Positions 46,340 to 56,707 of a stretch of DNA of 64,000 bases are shown here, piece after piece (position 1 is the first letter of the stretch; each line of letters starts with the position of its first letter). The position numbers and the translations under genes were made by a program. This DNA comes from Dehalococcoidia bacterium. Its GTDB lineage: Bacteria > Chloroflexota > Dehalococcoidia > Lucifugimonadales > JAAXIE01. The stretch is from contig CBDFIZ010000002.1 in NCBI GenBank assembly GCA_965248385.1, positions 949,904-1,013,903 on the forward strand. The letters are read 5' to 3'. The notes below the pieces were generated by a model, which was given only the letters and a program-made list of their open reading frames with translations, was not told the DNA's origin and ran no database searches.

Positions 46340-46606
46340 ATGATGAGTAAACGCAAGGACCGGGAACGGTTCGCCGCTCTCAAGACAAGTAATCCCCACT
46401 ACCAAGGCTTTAGGGGCCAAGGGGCCGAGACCGCGGCCCCCAGCCCCGAAGCCCTCCGGACTCTGACCTGCACTGTGTGCGGCCGCCGCCGCAACGTCAC
46501 GGAAGAGACCGCGCGGGATGAAGGTGATTCCTACGTATGCCTCAGCTGCCGCGATGAAGCAGAAGAAGGCGCCGCCAGCGATCAGGAGGCGGTGCCTTCT
46601 GGCTAG
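46340..46606 (+). CDS. small zinc-ribbon protein (hypothetical)
   Basis: 88 aa with CTVC...CLSC cysteine pairs and GC3-rich codons. Confidence 0.5.
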   Translation: MMSKRKDRERFAALKTSNPHYQGFRGQGAETAAPSPEALRTLTCTVCGRRRNVTEETARDEGDSYVCLSCRDEAEEGAASDQEAVPSG

Positions 46607-46637
46607 CCCCCTGTTCCACCCCTATCGGAACAGGGGG
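46607..46637. terminator. 11-bp hairpin between convergent genes (3' arm lies inside the peptidase stop region)
   Basis: CCCCCTGTTCC-9 nt-GGAACAGGGGG; no U-tract. Confidence 0.35.
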
Positions 46638-48001
46638 AGTTGCTCGTTCAGATGGTCGTAGGCGCGCACCAGTTGCGCGTCGCCACTGGTGCCCACCAGT
46701 AGAGGCACTTGGATATCCGGGGAGATGCCCCCGTCGCTGATGAGCTTCCCCATGGGCGTGTGCCAGCGCGTTATCGCAAGTTGCACTGCCGAGCCGTCCC
46801 CTAGCGGGAAGTAGGAAAAAGCGGCTGCGTCACCATTGGTCTCGGTTCCGATGACCGTGGCCCTAGAGGCATCCTGCAAGGCTCCCGCCAACGCCTCCGA
46901 TGCGTCGGCTGTGGCTTTGTTCGCCAAGACCGCCATGGGGATCTCGTCCTCCCCGGCGATGGTGCCCTCGCCCTCTACGAGGTACTCGATGCGGTTGCCT
47001 TGACTGTCCATCTCGTACATGAAGGTGCCCGCAGGCAGGAACTCACCGGCTACCTTGCGGGCGGACTCCACAGGTCCGCCGGGGTTGGAACGCAAGTCCA
47101 GTATCAGGGCCAGCATGTCGGCGGCCTTGAGCCTCTCCACCACGTCCAGTACCTCGTTGGGAGTGTTGTCAGTGAACTCGGAGACGTACACGTAGCCGAT
47201 GGCTCCCGGCAGCAGTTGCACGTCCACCGTGGGCACCTCGATGGTGCCACGGGTGATGTCAAACTCCAGAGGACGCTCCTCGTCCGGGCGCGATACCTTC
47301 AGGTGCACCTTGGTGCGGGCTGGGCCACGCACCAGCGAAACGGCCTCGTCAGCGGTCAGGTCGTCCATTGATTGCCCTTCCACCTCTATGAGCACGTCGC
47401 CTGCCCGGATCCCGCCTACGTCGGCAGGGCCCCCACGCATGGGCGAGAGTGTCACTTGGCCGTTCACCACGTTGACAAATGCACCGATGCCTTCGTAGTC
47501 ATCATCGGTCTCTTCCAGAGCGCGGTCGTAGGCTTCGGGGGTCAGGTACCTGGTGGAGACGTCGCTCAGCCCTTCGACCATCCCTTGGACGCTCGCCACT
47601 GCCAGAGCATGCCTGTCCAGCTCAGGGTACTTCAGGTGCAGCGCCTCCCAAGCCTTCCAGACGTTAAGCAACTCCATAGGGACGCCACCGGGGACGCGAC
47701 CACGCGTGGCGTCCAACTCGGTAAGGAAGGGGTAGGCAGGCTCCTCAACTTGGGCCAGCATGGCGACGATGACCGACTCGCTGACTTTCTCAGAGTCCAC
47801 CGACTCCACGTCCACGTAGGACTCGTTGATGACCTGCCAAGCCTCCCATATGAGTCCCTCGTCGCCTGTTGTTTCGGGCGCAGGCCGGCTGCAGGCTGCC
47901 AAGGTCGCGAGGAGCACAAAAACAAGGGCCGCTACCCCGCTTATGCGGGCCAAATTGCCCAAGCACGGGCACGAACGGGACTTGAATACATTGGGAAGCA
48001 T
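46622..48001 (-). CDS. S41 family C-terminal processing peptidase with PDZ domain
   Basis: LDLRSNPGG motif, PDZ segment GIRAGDVLIEVEG, N-terminal lipoprotein-like signal (LAACS). Confidence 0.88.
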   Translation of the reverse strand: MLPNVFKSRSCPCLGNLARISGVAALVFVLLATLAACSRPAPETTGDEGLIWEAWQVINESYVDVESVDSEKVSESVIVAMLAQVEEPAYPFLTELDATRGRVPGGVPMELLNVWKAWEALHLKYPELDRHALAVASVQGMVEGLSDVSTRYLTPEAYDRALEETDDDYEGIGAFVNVVNGQVTLSPMRGGPADVGGIRAGDVLIEVEGQSMDDLTADEAVSLVRGPARTKVHLKVSRPDEERPLEFDITRGTIEVPTVDVQLLPGAIGYVYVSEFTDNTPNEVLDVVERLKAADMLALILDLRSNPGGPVESARKVAGEFLPAGTFMYEMDSQGNRIEYLVEGEGTIAGEDEIPMAVLANKATADASEALAGALQDASRATVIGTETNGDAAAFSYFPLGDGSAVQLAITRWHTPMGKLISDGGISPDIQVPLLVGTSGDAQLVRAYDHLNEQLPLFR

Positions 48002-48187
48002 ACAGGCTACAGTTTACCACGAGTAGCAGTTCAGTCTTGAGATGGCATCCTTGGCTTGGGTCGTCATTCCGACTGAGGATACCTAACCGGCCCTCAGCAA
48101 TCGGTCGCCCTAGGCTATCTCGTAGGAACGCTGTAACGAAATGGAGTTTCCTCAGTAATTCTGAACAGCGACAACCACATGGCCAAC

Positions 48188-48217
48188 TTGCAAGCCCCAA
48201 GGGCTGCTGGCTACAAT
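48188..48217 (+). promoter_or_regulatory. sigma70-like promoter of the ABC importer operon
   Basis: TTGCAA-N18-TACAAT. Confidence 0.4.
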
Positions 48218-48278
48218 GAAGTGTTAGGCCGATTTTGTGGTCTATCAAAATAGCCTCGGGAAGGCTTGCGTTATAGAA

Positions 48279-50003
48279 ATGCGCCGAAACATATCCAAAG
48301 CATTACTAGTCTCCGGCAAGATTGCCTTGCTTTGCGTCTTACTGTTGGTGGTGGTCGCAGCCTGTTCTACGAGACCAGCCCCTGAAGTGACCACTACGGA
48401 GGGCACCCCTACGGCCACGCCAACGACTGCCCCGGCTGGAGGCAGCGCCGCCGGCACGGTGGCCTCAGGTACCGCCTTGCCCGTAGCCGTCGAAGAGCCG
48501 GCCGAGGGCGGAAAGCTGGTCCGGCTGTGGGCCGACCCGCCTACCTTGGACCCCCATCTCACCACTGATGCCACATCAGCCACGATCATCGTCGAGGTGT
48601 TCGGCGGGCTGGTTACCATCGACCCCAACCTGCAGATCGTCGGTGATTTGGCTAGCCACTGGGAGGTGCTGAACGAGGGCAAGACCTACGTGTTCCACCT
48701 CCGCTCCAATGCAACCTTCCACGATGGCAGGCAAGTAACGGCCCAAGACGTGAAGTGGTCCATGGAAAGGGCGACCGACCCCGAAACCCTTTCGCTGGTT
48801 GCGGACCAGTACTTGGGCGACATTATCGGCGTTGAGGCCAAGCTGCAGGGTGAAGCCAACGAAATCACCGGTGTACAGGTGGTTGATGATGTCACCATTC
48901 GGATCGACATCGACGCACCCAAGAGCTACTTCCTAGCCAAGCTGACCTACCCCACGGCCTTTGTGGTCGACCGCCAGCAACTGGAGAGCGATGACCGCTG
49001 GTTCCGCCGTCCCAACGCCACTGGCCCATTCAAGTTGGTTTCGTACGAGTTGGGCGAGCGGATGGTGCTGGAGCGCCACGAGGGCTACCATCTAGGTGCC
49101 CCCAGACTCCAGAGCGTTGAGTTCATACTCAGTGGCGGCACTGCCATGCTGATGTATGAGAACGACGAGATTCACATAACCGGCGTTGGGCTGGCCGACT
49201 TGGACAGGCTGCTCGACCCCTCTGAAGCTCTGAGCCTCGAGTTGCGTACGGCTCCACCTCCTTTCGATACCCGCTACATCGGGTTGAACGTGAACGAACC
49301 ACCCTTCGACGACCCCAAGGTGCGGCTGGCCCTGAACCATGCTATTGATCGGGCTGAGATCGCCGACATCGTGCTGGGCGATCTGGTGGTGCCCGCCAAG
49401 GGAATTCTCCCTCCCAACTTCCCCGGTTATAACCCGGAAACAATCGGCTACGAATACGATCCGGAGAAGGCGCAGCAGTTATTGTCGGAATCAAAGTACG
49501 GCAATGACCCTGACGCACTGGGGCTCATCGTGCTGACTACTTCCGGCAGTTTCGGAGCCAATGTGGGACTGGATACGCAAGTGATACAGGAGATGTGGCG
49601 TCAGAACCTTGGCATTGAGGTGGACGTGCAGCAGACCGATTATGCGGTCTACCTGCAGGACCTGCACAGCCGCATATTCCAGATGTTCGAAATCGGCTGG
49701 ATTGCCGACTACCCCGACCCGGAGAACTTCCTAGACATCCTGTTCCACAGCGAAAGCAGCAACAACCACACCGGCTACAGCAATCCGCAGGTCGACTCTT
49801 TGCTGGAGAAGGCCAGGCTGGGGTCTGAGGAAGAGCGCTACGCCCAGTACCATGAGATTGAGCGCTTGATACTGGCCGACGCGCCGTGGATACCGCTGTG
49901 GCATGGCGGGGAGCAGTACATACTGGTGAAGCCCAGTGTGAAGGACTACTACCAGACGCCGCTGATTATCCCCAAGCTGCGATACGTCTACATAGAAGAA
50001 TAG
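48279..50003 (+). CDS. ABC transporter substrate-binding lipoprotein, family 5 (peptide/nickel type)
   Basis: Signal peptide ending VAACS, then a Thr/Ala/Pro linker and an SBP_bac_5-like body. Start trimmed to the ATG at 48279. Confidence 0.88.
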   Translation: MRRNISKALLVSGKIALLCVLLLVVVAACSTRPAPEVTTTEGTPTATPTTAPAGGSAAGTVASGTALPVAVEEPAEGGKLVRLWADPPTLDPHLTTDATSATIIVEVFGGLVTIDPNLQIVGDLASHWEVLNEGKTYVFHLRSNATFHDGRQVTAQDVKWSMERATDPETLSLVADQYLGDIIGVEAKLQGEANEITGVQVVDDVTIRIDIDAPKSYFLAKLTYPTAFVVDRQQLESDDRWFRRPNATGPFKLVSYELGERMVLERHEGYHLGAPRLQSVEFILSGGTAMLMYENDEIHITGVGLADLDRLLDPSEALSLELRTAPPPFDTRYIGLNVNEPPFDDPKVRLALNHAIDRAEIADIVLGDLVVPAKGILPPNFPGYNPETIGYEYDPEKAQQLLSESKYGNDPDALGLIVLTTSGSFGANVGLDTQVIQEMWRQNLGIEVDVQQTDYAVYLQDLHSRIFQMFEIGWIADYPDPENFLDILFHSESSNNHTGYSNPQVDSLLEKARLGSEEERYAQYHEIERLILADAPWIPLWHGGEQYILVKPSVKDYYQTPLIIPKLRYVYIEE

Positions 50004-50025
50004 AGAAGCCGGGCCCGGAGGCGGC

Positions 50026-50973
50026 ATGTGGGTGTACATCGCGCGACGCCTCTTGTGGGCACCTGTGCTCCTGCTGATAGTGTGTTTCGTCACCTTCGTC
50101 TTGGGCAGCGTTGTGCCCGGCGACCCCTTCCAAGCCCGCCTAGGCCCTAGGGCCAACCCCGAAGCATTGGAGCGCCTCCGTGAGGAGAAGGGCCTGAACG
50201 ATCCCGTCCCTATCCAGTTCGGGCGTTATATTGCCAACGCCGTCCGAGGTGACTTGGGGGAGAGCTACGTGCGTCCTGGCACCACCGTCAATGAGCTCCT
50301 TGCCAAGAAGATATGGGTGTCCTTCCAGCTTGACCTAGCTGGGCTGATTGTGGCCTTTGCCCTCGGGGTGCCGTTGGGGCTCTACGCAGCCATGAAGCAG
50401 GGAACGTGGATCGACCCGCTGATAATCGGCTCGACTCTGTTGGGCATGTCCTTCCCCGTGTTCCTCACCGCGCCGGGGCTCATCATGATTTTCGGGCTGT
50501 GGCTGGAGATACTCCCCGTGCAGGGATGGGGAGGCTTCTTCGACCTTCGCATTATCATGCCTGCGATGGCCATGGGCATACCCGGTGTGGCGGTCATCGC
50601 CCGCCTGACTCGGGCCAGCACTTTGGAGGTGATGTCTCAAGACTACGTGCGTACCGCGCGGGCCAAGGGGCTGGGGGAGATGACTGTGCGCACACGGCAT
50701 ATCCTCCGGAACGCCCTCATACCCGTGGTCACGGTCCTCGGTATGTCCCTGTCGGGCCTGCTGATTAGCTCGGTGATAATCGAGCTTTTCTTTGGCATCC
50801 CAGGTGCAGGCCAGCTGGCTATTGAGGCCCTATTCGGTCGCGACTACCCGGTGATTACCGCCTTGGTGCTGATTGGAGGCACTGCGTTCTTCCTGACTAA
50901 CCTCTTGGTGGACCTCGTATACCCGCTGTTGGACCCCCGTATACGGCTGGAAGACGGAGCTCTAGGTGGCTAG
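50026..50973 (+). CDS. ABC transporter permease (DppB/OppB-like)
   Basis: BPD_transp_1 EAA-like loop ...SQDYVRTARAKGL...; 6 TM helices. Confidence 0.9.
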   Translation: MWVYIARRLLWAPVLLLIVCFVTFVLGSVVPGDPFQARLGPRANPEALERLREEKGLNDPVPIQFGRYIANAVRGDLGESYVRPGTTVNELLAKKIWVSFQLDLAGLIVAFALGVPLGLYAAMKQGTWIDPLIIGSTLLGMSFPVFLTAPGLIMIFGLWLEILPVQGWGGFFDLRIIMPAMAMGIPGVAVIARLTRASTLEVMSQDYVRTARAKGLGEMTVRTRHILRNALIPVVTVLGMSLSGLLISSVIIELFFGIPGAGQLAIEALFGRDYPVITALVLIGGTAFFLTNLLVDLVYPLLDPRIRLEDGALGG

Positions 50974-51952
50974 CGAAGGGCTCGCCCAGATCAGCCTTGC
51001 ACAGTACCAGACTCAGGGCTACTGGAAGCAGGCGTGGCGACGGCTTGTAAGGAAGAGAATCGGCGTCGTCTGCCTAGTTATCATAGTTGTCATCTACTTG
51101 GCCGGGGCGTTGGCCTCGTGGGTGACCCCCTATGGCTACAACGATCAGAATTTGAGCGAGCCGGACCGGGAGGCAAGGTTCTGTGGCGCATGTGAGGGGC
51201 CGTCGTTTAGTCACCCCTTCGGCACTGATGTTTTAGGCCGGGACCAGTTTACCCGTGTCATATACAGCCTTCGCACTACAGTGATCGTTACCATAGCCGG
51301 GATACTCACGGGAAGCCTGTTCTTGGGAATCGGATTTGGCCTGCTGTCGGGGTACTTCAGGGGGTGGGTCGACTCGGTCATCAACCGCGTTGGCGAGCTG
51401 TTCACCGCATTTCCCACGATACTTCTGGTAATCCTGCTGGCTGCCTCTGTGCGTCCTCCCGTGGTGGACTGGGTTCGGGAGTTTGGAGGCGTGGGGCGCG
51501 ACATCATCCGGCTGGGGCTCGTGGACTACTTCATCGTGTTTGGGGCGTTGTCGGCCTTCTCTTGGGTGGGAATGATGCGCATCGTGCGGGGACAGGTGCT
51601 CTCAGTGCGCGAGAACCAGTATGTTGACGCTGCCGTTTCGCTGGGGGCCAGCAACTGGCGCATCCTACGCTTTCATGTGCTGCCCAATATCCTGAGCCCT
51701 GTGATTGTCTTGGTGTCCATGGGCATGGGCAGCATCGCCGGCTCCGAGGTGTTCCTCAGCTTCATCGGCATCGGGATTCAGTCGCCGACACCCAGCTTGG
51801 GGATCATGATGTTCGAGTATGGTAGCGTGTCAGTGCTTCGGACCGAGCCGTATCTGCTGCTGTTCCCAGCGGCCACCCTAGCTCTGCTGCTATTCACCTT
51901 CAACCTGCTGGGCGACGCCTTGAATGACGCCCTTAATCCTCGCGCCCGCTAG
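50966..51952 (+). CDS. ABC transporter permease (DppC/OppC-like)
   Basis: ...RENQYVDAAVSLGAS... EAA loop; overlaps the preceding permease by 8 nt. Confidence 0.9.
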   Translation: MASEGLAQISLAQYQTQGYWKQAWRRLVRKRIGVVCLVIIVVIYLAGALASWVTPYGYNDQNLSEPDREARFCGACEGPSFSHPFGTDVLGRDQFTRVIYSLRTTVIVTIAGILTGSLFLGIGFGLLSGYFRGWVDSVINRVGELFTAFPTILLVILLAASVRPPVVDWVREFGGVGRDIIRLGLVDYFIVFGALSAFSWVGMMRIVRGQVLSVRENQYVDAAVSLGASNWRILRFHVLPNILSPVIVLVSMGMGSIAGSEVFLSFIGIGIQSPTPSLGIMMFEYGSVSVLRTEPYLLLFPAATLALLLFTFNLLGDALNDALNPRAR

Positions 51953-53337
51953 CTGCGTTTACGGCGGCGAAATAGCAGCGGTCCAGCAAGAAGACCCAGT
52001 GCAATCATCCCCAGCGGTATCGTCGCTTGGGCGTCTTCGCTGGCTGCTGAGCAACTGGAGCCGGTGCGGAGTGGAGGACCTTCTTCGGAGGCAGCCGTCT
52101 CGGGTTCCGGCTGCGCTGCTGTAGTGGCCGCGGCCTGAGGCGGCATGGCGTCGGGAGACTCTTCCGGTTCAGCGCGACGCAGCGCTTCCAACTCGTCGGG
52201 CGCCGGCAGCGGCTCCAATCCGATCTGCAAGCGCCACTCAGTGTCCAAGCCGTGCTGGTCGAAGCCGTAGACCTGCTGCATTGCTTGGTCGAGGTCCAAG
52301 GTCCTGCGCAACGTGCTCATCAGTTCAGCGATCTTGTCCGGGCCGTAACGCGCGATGAGGTAGCGCACTACTGACCGGGAGTGACCGTAGGCGATCACGA
52401 TGTCTTCCGGCTCGCCACCAAAGTCATTCAGGTACCACAGAGGCTTCACACGGCGGGTATAGATGCCGTGAAGCAGGGCTTGGGTGTAGCCTTCTTCTTG
52501 GTCGATGTTGCCGAACTCGGCCAAGCCCTCGTTAAGCCATGCGGGCAGACGGGGGTAACCCCTGCCTGCGGCCTCGGCCACTAGAATGTGTGTCAGCTCA
52601 TGAGAGGTGATGCCGGTGACTGTGGTCTCGTCACCCAGCACCAGCACCACTCGCTCGTCGGGCCAAGCCATGCCTTGGGTGCGCAGGTCCTCCCTGACTG
52701 CTTGCGACCGGAAGGGTAGGGCACCGCTCATGTCGCGGTAGTTGTTGTAGGAGACAACTCGGATAGGGAGGTTGGGGTCGATGCCCAGCACGGGGGCCAT
52801 GTTGTCCACTGTCTCCACGGCGGCGTCCAGCACAATCTCCGCCCGCTTCTTAACGAACTCCGCCAAGCTGCCGCCGTAGTAGTATACGGTCACAAGACCC
52901 TTGGACACCTGCAGCCACTGGAAGCGGCTGTCCTGGTAGATGACCTCTTTTTCGGGAGTGCGTACGACGCGGCCCGCAGTGTCCCTGAGCTCGTACACGT
53001 AGGAGATGGGTGTACCAGGAGGCACGTACTGGCCGCCTGTACGGGTGCGCAGGGCGTACTCGCCGCTGACCTCGGTGCCGGGGGTGATGTTCAGGCGTCC
53101 GTTGGTCAAAGTCTCGCTGCCGGGGACGCGCAGCAGCACCCGCACATGCTCGATTGGGTCGGGCCCGCGCGCCACCACGCCGAACACGAGCCCGTCGGGG
53201 AAGTTGCTCTCCACGCTATCCGACACGATCATAGGCTCTTCCGACTGGGCCATAAGCGGCGACGAGAAGAGCAGCGTGGCCAATAACGCTCCAGCAAGCA
53301 GGGCCAAAGGCAGTCTTATGGCTACAGCCAAGTTCAT
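51949..53337 (-). CDS. secreted MA-clan zinc peptidase-like protein with C-terminal TM anchor
   Basis: Signal peptide, HELTHILV (HExxH) plus downstream NEGLAEF, and C-terminal IPLGMIALGLLAGPLLFRRRKRS. Confidence 0.65.
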   Translation of the reverse strand: MNLAVAIRLPLALLAGALLATLLFSSPLMAQSEEPMIVSDSVESNFPDGLVFGVVARGPDPIEHVRVLLRVPGSETLTNGRLNITPGTEVSGEYALRTRTGGQYVPPGTPISYVYELRDTAGRVVRTPEKEVIYQDSRFQWLQVSKGLVTVYYYGGSLAEFVKKRAEIVLDAAVETVDNMAPVLGIDPNLPIRVVSYNNYRDMSGALPFRSQAVREDLRTQGMAWPDERVVLVLGDETTVTGITSHELTHILVAEAAGRGYPRLPAWLNEGLAEFGNIDQEEGYTQALLHGIYTRRVKPLWYLNDFGGEPEDIVIAYGHSRSVVRYLIARYGPDKIAELMSTLRRTLDLDQAMQQVYGFDQHGLDTEWRLQIGLEPLPAPDELEALRRAEPEESPDAMPPQAAATTAAQPEPETAASEEGPPLRTGSSCSAASEDAQATIPLGMIALGLLAGPLLFRRRKRS

Positions 53338-53397
53338 GTATCGCGTCCTGATGAGCCGATTTGGGCTTGTGCGCTCTGGTGCCCGCGGGCCGGCATC

Positions 53398-54108
53398 CTA
53401 CTGAAAGCCCAAGCCGTGCTCCTTCAAGCTGATAAAGCGCTCACCCTTCCCTATGATAACGTGGTCCACTAGCTCGATGTCCAGCAGTTCGGCTGCTTGG
53501 CGTACATCTGCCGTCATGCTGACGTCTTGTGCGCTAGGCTCCGGGTCGCCCGTGGGGTGATTGTGCACAACCACCATTGCGGGTGCATTCTCCCGGATGG
53601 CTGGCCGCAGCATCTCAGCCACCCGTATGACCGCGGTGTGTACGCTTCCCTTATACGCTTCGTGGACCGACATGACCTCGTTGCGGGTGTTCAGCAGCAC
53701 TACTTTGATGTGCTCCTGGTCCAACGCGCTCATCTCCGGGCCAAGAAGGTTGTACACATCGCGGGGATGGTTGATCAGGGGCTGCTCCTCCCGTACTAGT
53801 GATACTGCTCGTCGCCCCAACTCCAACGCAGCCATTAGTTGGCAAGCCTTGGCCTCGCTGATGCCCTTCTCCCGGGCGAGCTCGGCGAAAGAGGCCTCTC
53901 CCAACCCCTTCAGTCCCTTGAACCGGGAGATGAGCCGGTGGGCCATGGCGATGACGTTCTCGCCCTGCATGCCGGTACGGAGGAGAATGGCCACTAGGTC
54001 GGAGTTGTTCAGCGACTGCGCGCCATAGTGGCGAAGCCTCTCCCGCGGCCGTTCTCCAGCGGGAAGGTCGCGTATCATAGCGGTGTATGGAGGGGCGTCG
54101 TCGTTCAT
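53398..54108 (-). CDS. radC: RadC-like JAB domain protein
   Basis: HhH N-terminus (LSNSDLVAILLRTG) and JAMM motif HNHPTGDPEPSAQD. Confidence 0.9.
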   Translation of the reverse strand: MNDDAPPYTAMIRDLPAGERPRERLRHYGAQSLNNSDLVAILLRTGMQGENVIAMAHRLISRFKGLKGLGEASFAELAREKGISEAKACQLMAALELGRRAVSLVREEQPLINHPRDVYNLLGPEMSALDQEHIKVVLLNTRNEVMSVHEAYKGSVHTAVIRVAEMLRPAIRENAPAMVVVHNHPTGDPEPSAQDVSMTADVRQAAELLDIELVDHVIIGKGERFISLKEHGLGFQ

Positions 54109-54267
54109 GTTGTGTCCGTGCTGCTCCCTATCGTGAGCGCCGAATGTTACCGGTTGGGAGCTTGAGCCGTCAACGGGCTGGTGTCAGTGTCGGTCGGCCA
54201 AAAATGTAGGGGCAACCGCAATGGTCACCCCTACATAAAGTTTTCGGGAGCTTCGGGTCGAGAAGAG

Positions 54268-55293
54268 TTACAGGTTGGCCTGCGGGTCGGAGTAGCTCTC
54301 CTCCTTGATGTATATCTGGAGGCGGCCTCGCTGGGTGTCAGCCACGACGATGCGCCGATTGGCTCGGTCGTAGCCGATGGCCGTGGGCATGTTGAATCGC
54401 CATTCCTGTTCTAGGCTCTTCACACGACGACGCGCCTTCACGTAGTCGGGGTTGGCGTCCACTGCCATCTGCGCCCACTTGGAGAGCTGCTGCGCGTCTC
54501 CAACGAGAGACGTCAGGAAGACGCCTGCCGAATCATATACCTGCACCCGGTTGTTGCCCCAGTCGGTGACATAGACCTCGCCGTCGTCGTCCACTGCCAC
54601 GTCGGTGGGGTGGTTCATCTCACCCGCGCCCTCGCCATGGCCGTATCCGAAGGTGGCTAAGTAGGCGCCGTCGGGGCTGAACTTCTGTACCCGGTGGTTC
54701 TTCCAGTCGGCCACGTAGACGTTGTTGTCTAGGTCGGTGGTGATGCCCCAAGGACGGTTGAGGTTGCCGGGGCCGCTGCCGAAAGACCCAAACTTGCCTA
54801 GGAAGCGACCATCGCTGGAGAACTTCTGTACGCGGTGGTTCTCGGTGTCCACCACGTAGAGGTTGTCACGGGAGTCGAAGGTCATCCCGGAAGGCCGGTT
54901 CAACTCACCGTCGCCGGTGCCCGGCGTGCCGAACTTTGACAAGTAGTTTCCTTGGTTGTCGAAGACGCTGATACGGTTCAGCCACTCGTCGGAGACGTAA
55001 ACATTCCCCGCGCTGTCGACGGCCACGCCTGTGGGCCAAGTGGTCTGGCCGTCCCCATCTCCCCTCCAGCCGAACTCGGCCAGAATCTCTTCGCCACCCG
55101 GCTCAGGGATGCTGACCTTAGTGGTGTGGGGAGTGTTGTTGTTCTCGTTAGCCCGATTGACCACGTAGGCCACTCGGTCGGGGCCGAGAGCCAAGCCAAT
55201 AGGATTTGTGAAGCCATTGCCCGAAGCCGCGTTGCGGCCCACGGTGTGGCTGTAGTTGATGGTCCGTCCTGCAACGGTAGTCGTAAGAGCCAT
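54268..55293 (-). CDS. NHL repeat beta-propeller protein
   Basis: Six repeats of ...P.G...D..GN.YV.D..N.R.Q.F...G. Confidence 0.85.
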   Translation of the reverse strand: MALTTTVAGRTINYSHTVGRNAASGNGFTNPIGLALGPDRVAYVVNRANENNNTPHTTKVSIPEPGGEEILAEFGWRGDGDGQTTWPTGVAVDSAGNVYVSDEWLNRISVFDNQGNYLSKFGTPGTGDGELNRPSGMTFDSRDNLYVVDTENHRVQKFSSDGRFLGKFGSFGSGPGNLNRPWGITTDLDNNVYVADWKNHRVQKFSPDGAYLATFGYGHGEGAGEMNHPTDVAVDDDGEVYVTDWGNNRVQVYDSAGVFLTSLVGDAQQLSKWAQMAVDANPDYVKARRRVKSLEQEWRFNMPTAIGYDRANRRIVVADTQRGRLQIYIKEESYSDPQANL

Positions 55294-55446
55294 CCGGTGC
55301 TTCCTCCTTGTACAGACTTGCCGCCTTGCCGGAGGCGTTAGGTGATACCCAATCCCTCCGGGTATAGCAGGCTGGCAGGCTCGCGGCCTGCCAGCCTTGT
55401 GTGGCGACTGCTCTTGTTGGTATGTCGCCTGCGCTAGCGCGTCGGC

Positions 55447-56574
55447 CTACAGGAAGCTGAAGTTCTCGAAGTTGCCGTTGACGATGGGCTTCGCTTCCAA
55501 GCCTAGCCAGTTCTCCAGGATGGTGGTGTACACGCCACGGAAGTCGTGGGTGGGCACCAAGTCACCCTGCTGCAGGTCCTCGGCCTTGCGGGACGGGTAC
55601 TCGCCGTAGATGCCGCCATTGACGGTTTCGCCGACCATGAAAGCGACTCCGGCGGCGCCGTGGTCTGTACCAGACCCGTTGTCGTGGACGCGACGGCCGA
55701 ACTCGGAAAACAGGAGCATGACCACGTTGTCCGCGGCGTCATGCTCGCGCAAGTCCTCAAAGAAGTCTTCAACCGCCTCGGAGACCTCGGTCCACAGTTT
55801 GTGGTGGCCGGGCACCTGGCTGGCGTGGGTGTCGAAACTGCTGTGCTCGGTGTAGAAGATGCGGGTGCCCAGGCCGGCTAGGTGTATCTGAGCGATGTCC
55901 CTCAGCCGGCGGGCGACGGGGCTGGCAGCGTACTCCACGGTGGAGGAGTAGCGGGCCGGGGCCTCCTTCAGGATGTCGGCGCCTTTCATGGCGTCAAGGC
56001 CGGTGCTACCTAGGTACTCCATGACCTGTCCCCGCCCGATGGCTGGGGAGTAGACCCTGGAGAAGGTGTCGAGCATAGCGTCGCGCTGCTGCTCGGCCTC
56101 CATGCCAGTGAACAGGCCGTAAGTGGCCAAGTCGGGCACTGAGGCCACGGGCACACCACGCACCACCAGTGCCCGGGGCAGGCCTTGGCCGATGTTGACC
56201 GTGGAGATTACGTTCTCCTGACCGGGGTCCAGCTCGCGCGTGGCCCGCCCCAGCCAACCCTCGGTGCCGACGGTCTCTGGCTCGCAGGTATGCCAGATAT
56301 CCATGGAGCGGAAGTGGGATCGTGGGGAGTTGGCGTAACCCACGCCGTTGATCACCGCCACGTTGCCTTGGTCGTACATCCGCTTCATAGCTTGCATGGC
56401 CGGGTTAAAGCCGAGCTCGTCATCCAGCTTGATGATCTGGTCCTCGGGTAGGCCCACTGCAGGCCGGTTGTCGCGGTACAGAGGGTCGTTGTAGGGAATC
56501 ACCGTGTTGAAGTAGTCGTTGCCGCCGCTGAGCTGCAAGACCACAAAGACCGGGTCTTTCTTAGTCGCAGTCAT
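55447..56574 (-). CDS. DUF1501 domain protein (sulfatase-like fold)
   Basis: LSGGNDYFN, SEFGRR...N..GTDHG. Start set at the ATG at 56574 with a GGAGGA RBS. Confidence 0.85.
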   Translation of the reverse strand: MTATKKDPVFVVLQLSGGNDYFNTVIPYNDPLYRDNRPAVGLPEDQIIKLDDELGFNPAMQAMKRMYDQGNVAVINGVGYANSPRSHFRSMDIWHTCEPETVGTEGWLGRATRELDPGQENVISTVNIGQGLPRALVVRGVPVASVPDLATYGLFTGMEAEQQRDAMLDTFSRVYSPAIGRGQVMEYLGSTGLDAMKGADILKEAPARYSSTVEYAASPVARRLRDIAQIHLAGLGTRIFYTEHSSFDTHASQVPGHHKLWTEVSEAVEDFFEDLREHDAADNVVMLLFSEFGRRVHDNGSGTDHGAAGVAFMVGETVNGGIYGEYPSRKAEDLQQGDLVPTHDFRGVYTTILENWLGLEAKPIVNGNFENFSFL

Positions 56575-56707
56575 TGCTCCTCCTCTCGGGTGGGGTTGGG
56601 GGCATCCATGGGGCGAGACCCTATGGATGCCCTGCTCTTGCTTTCTGATGGCTAGGCATACAGTGGCCGAAGCCACTACATGCCGCCGTTTTACTTCTCT
56701 GCGCTCT

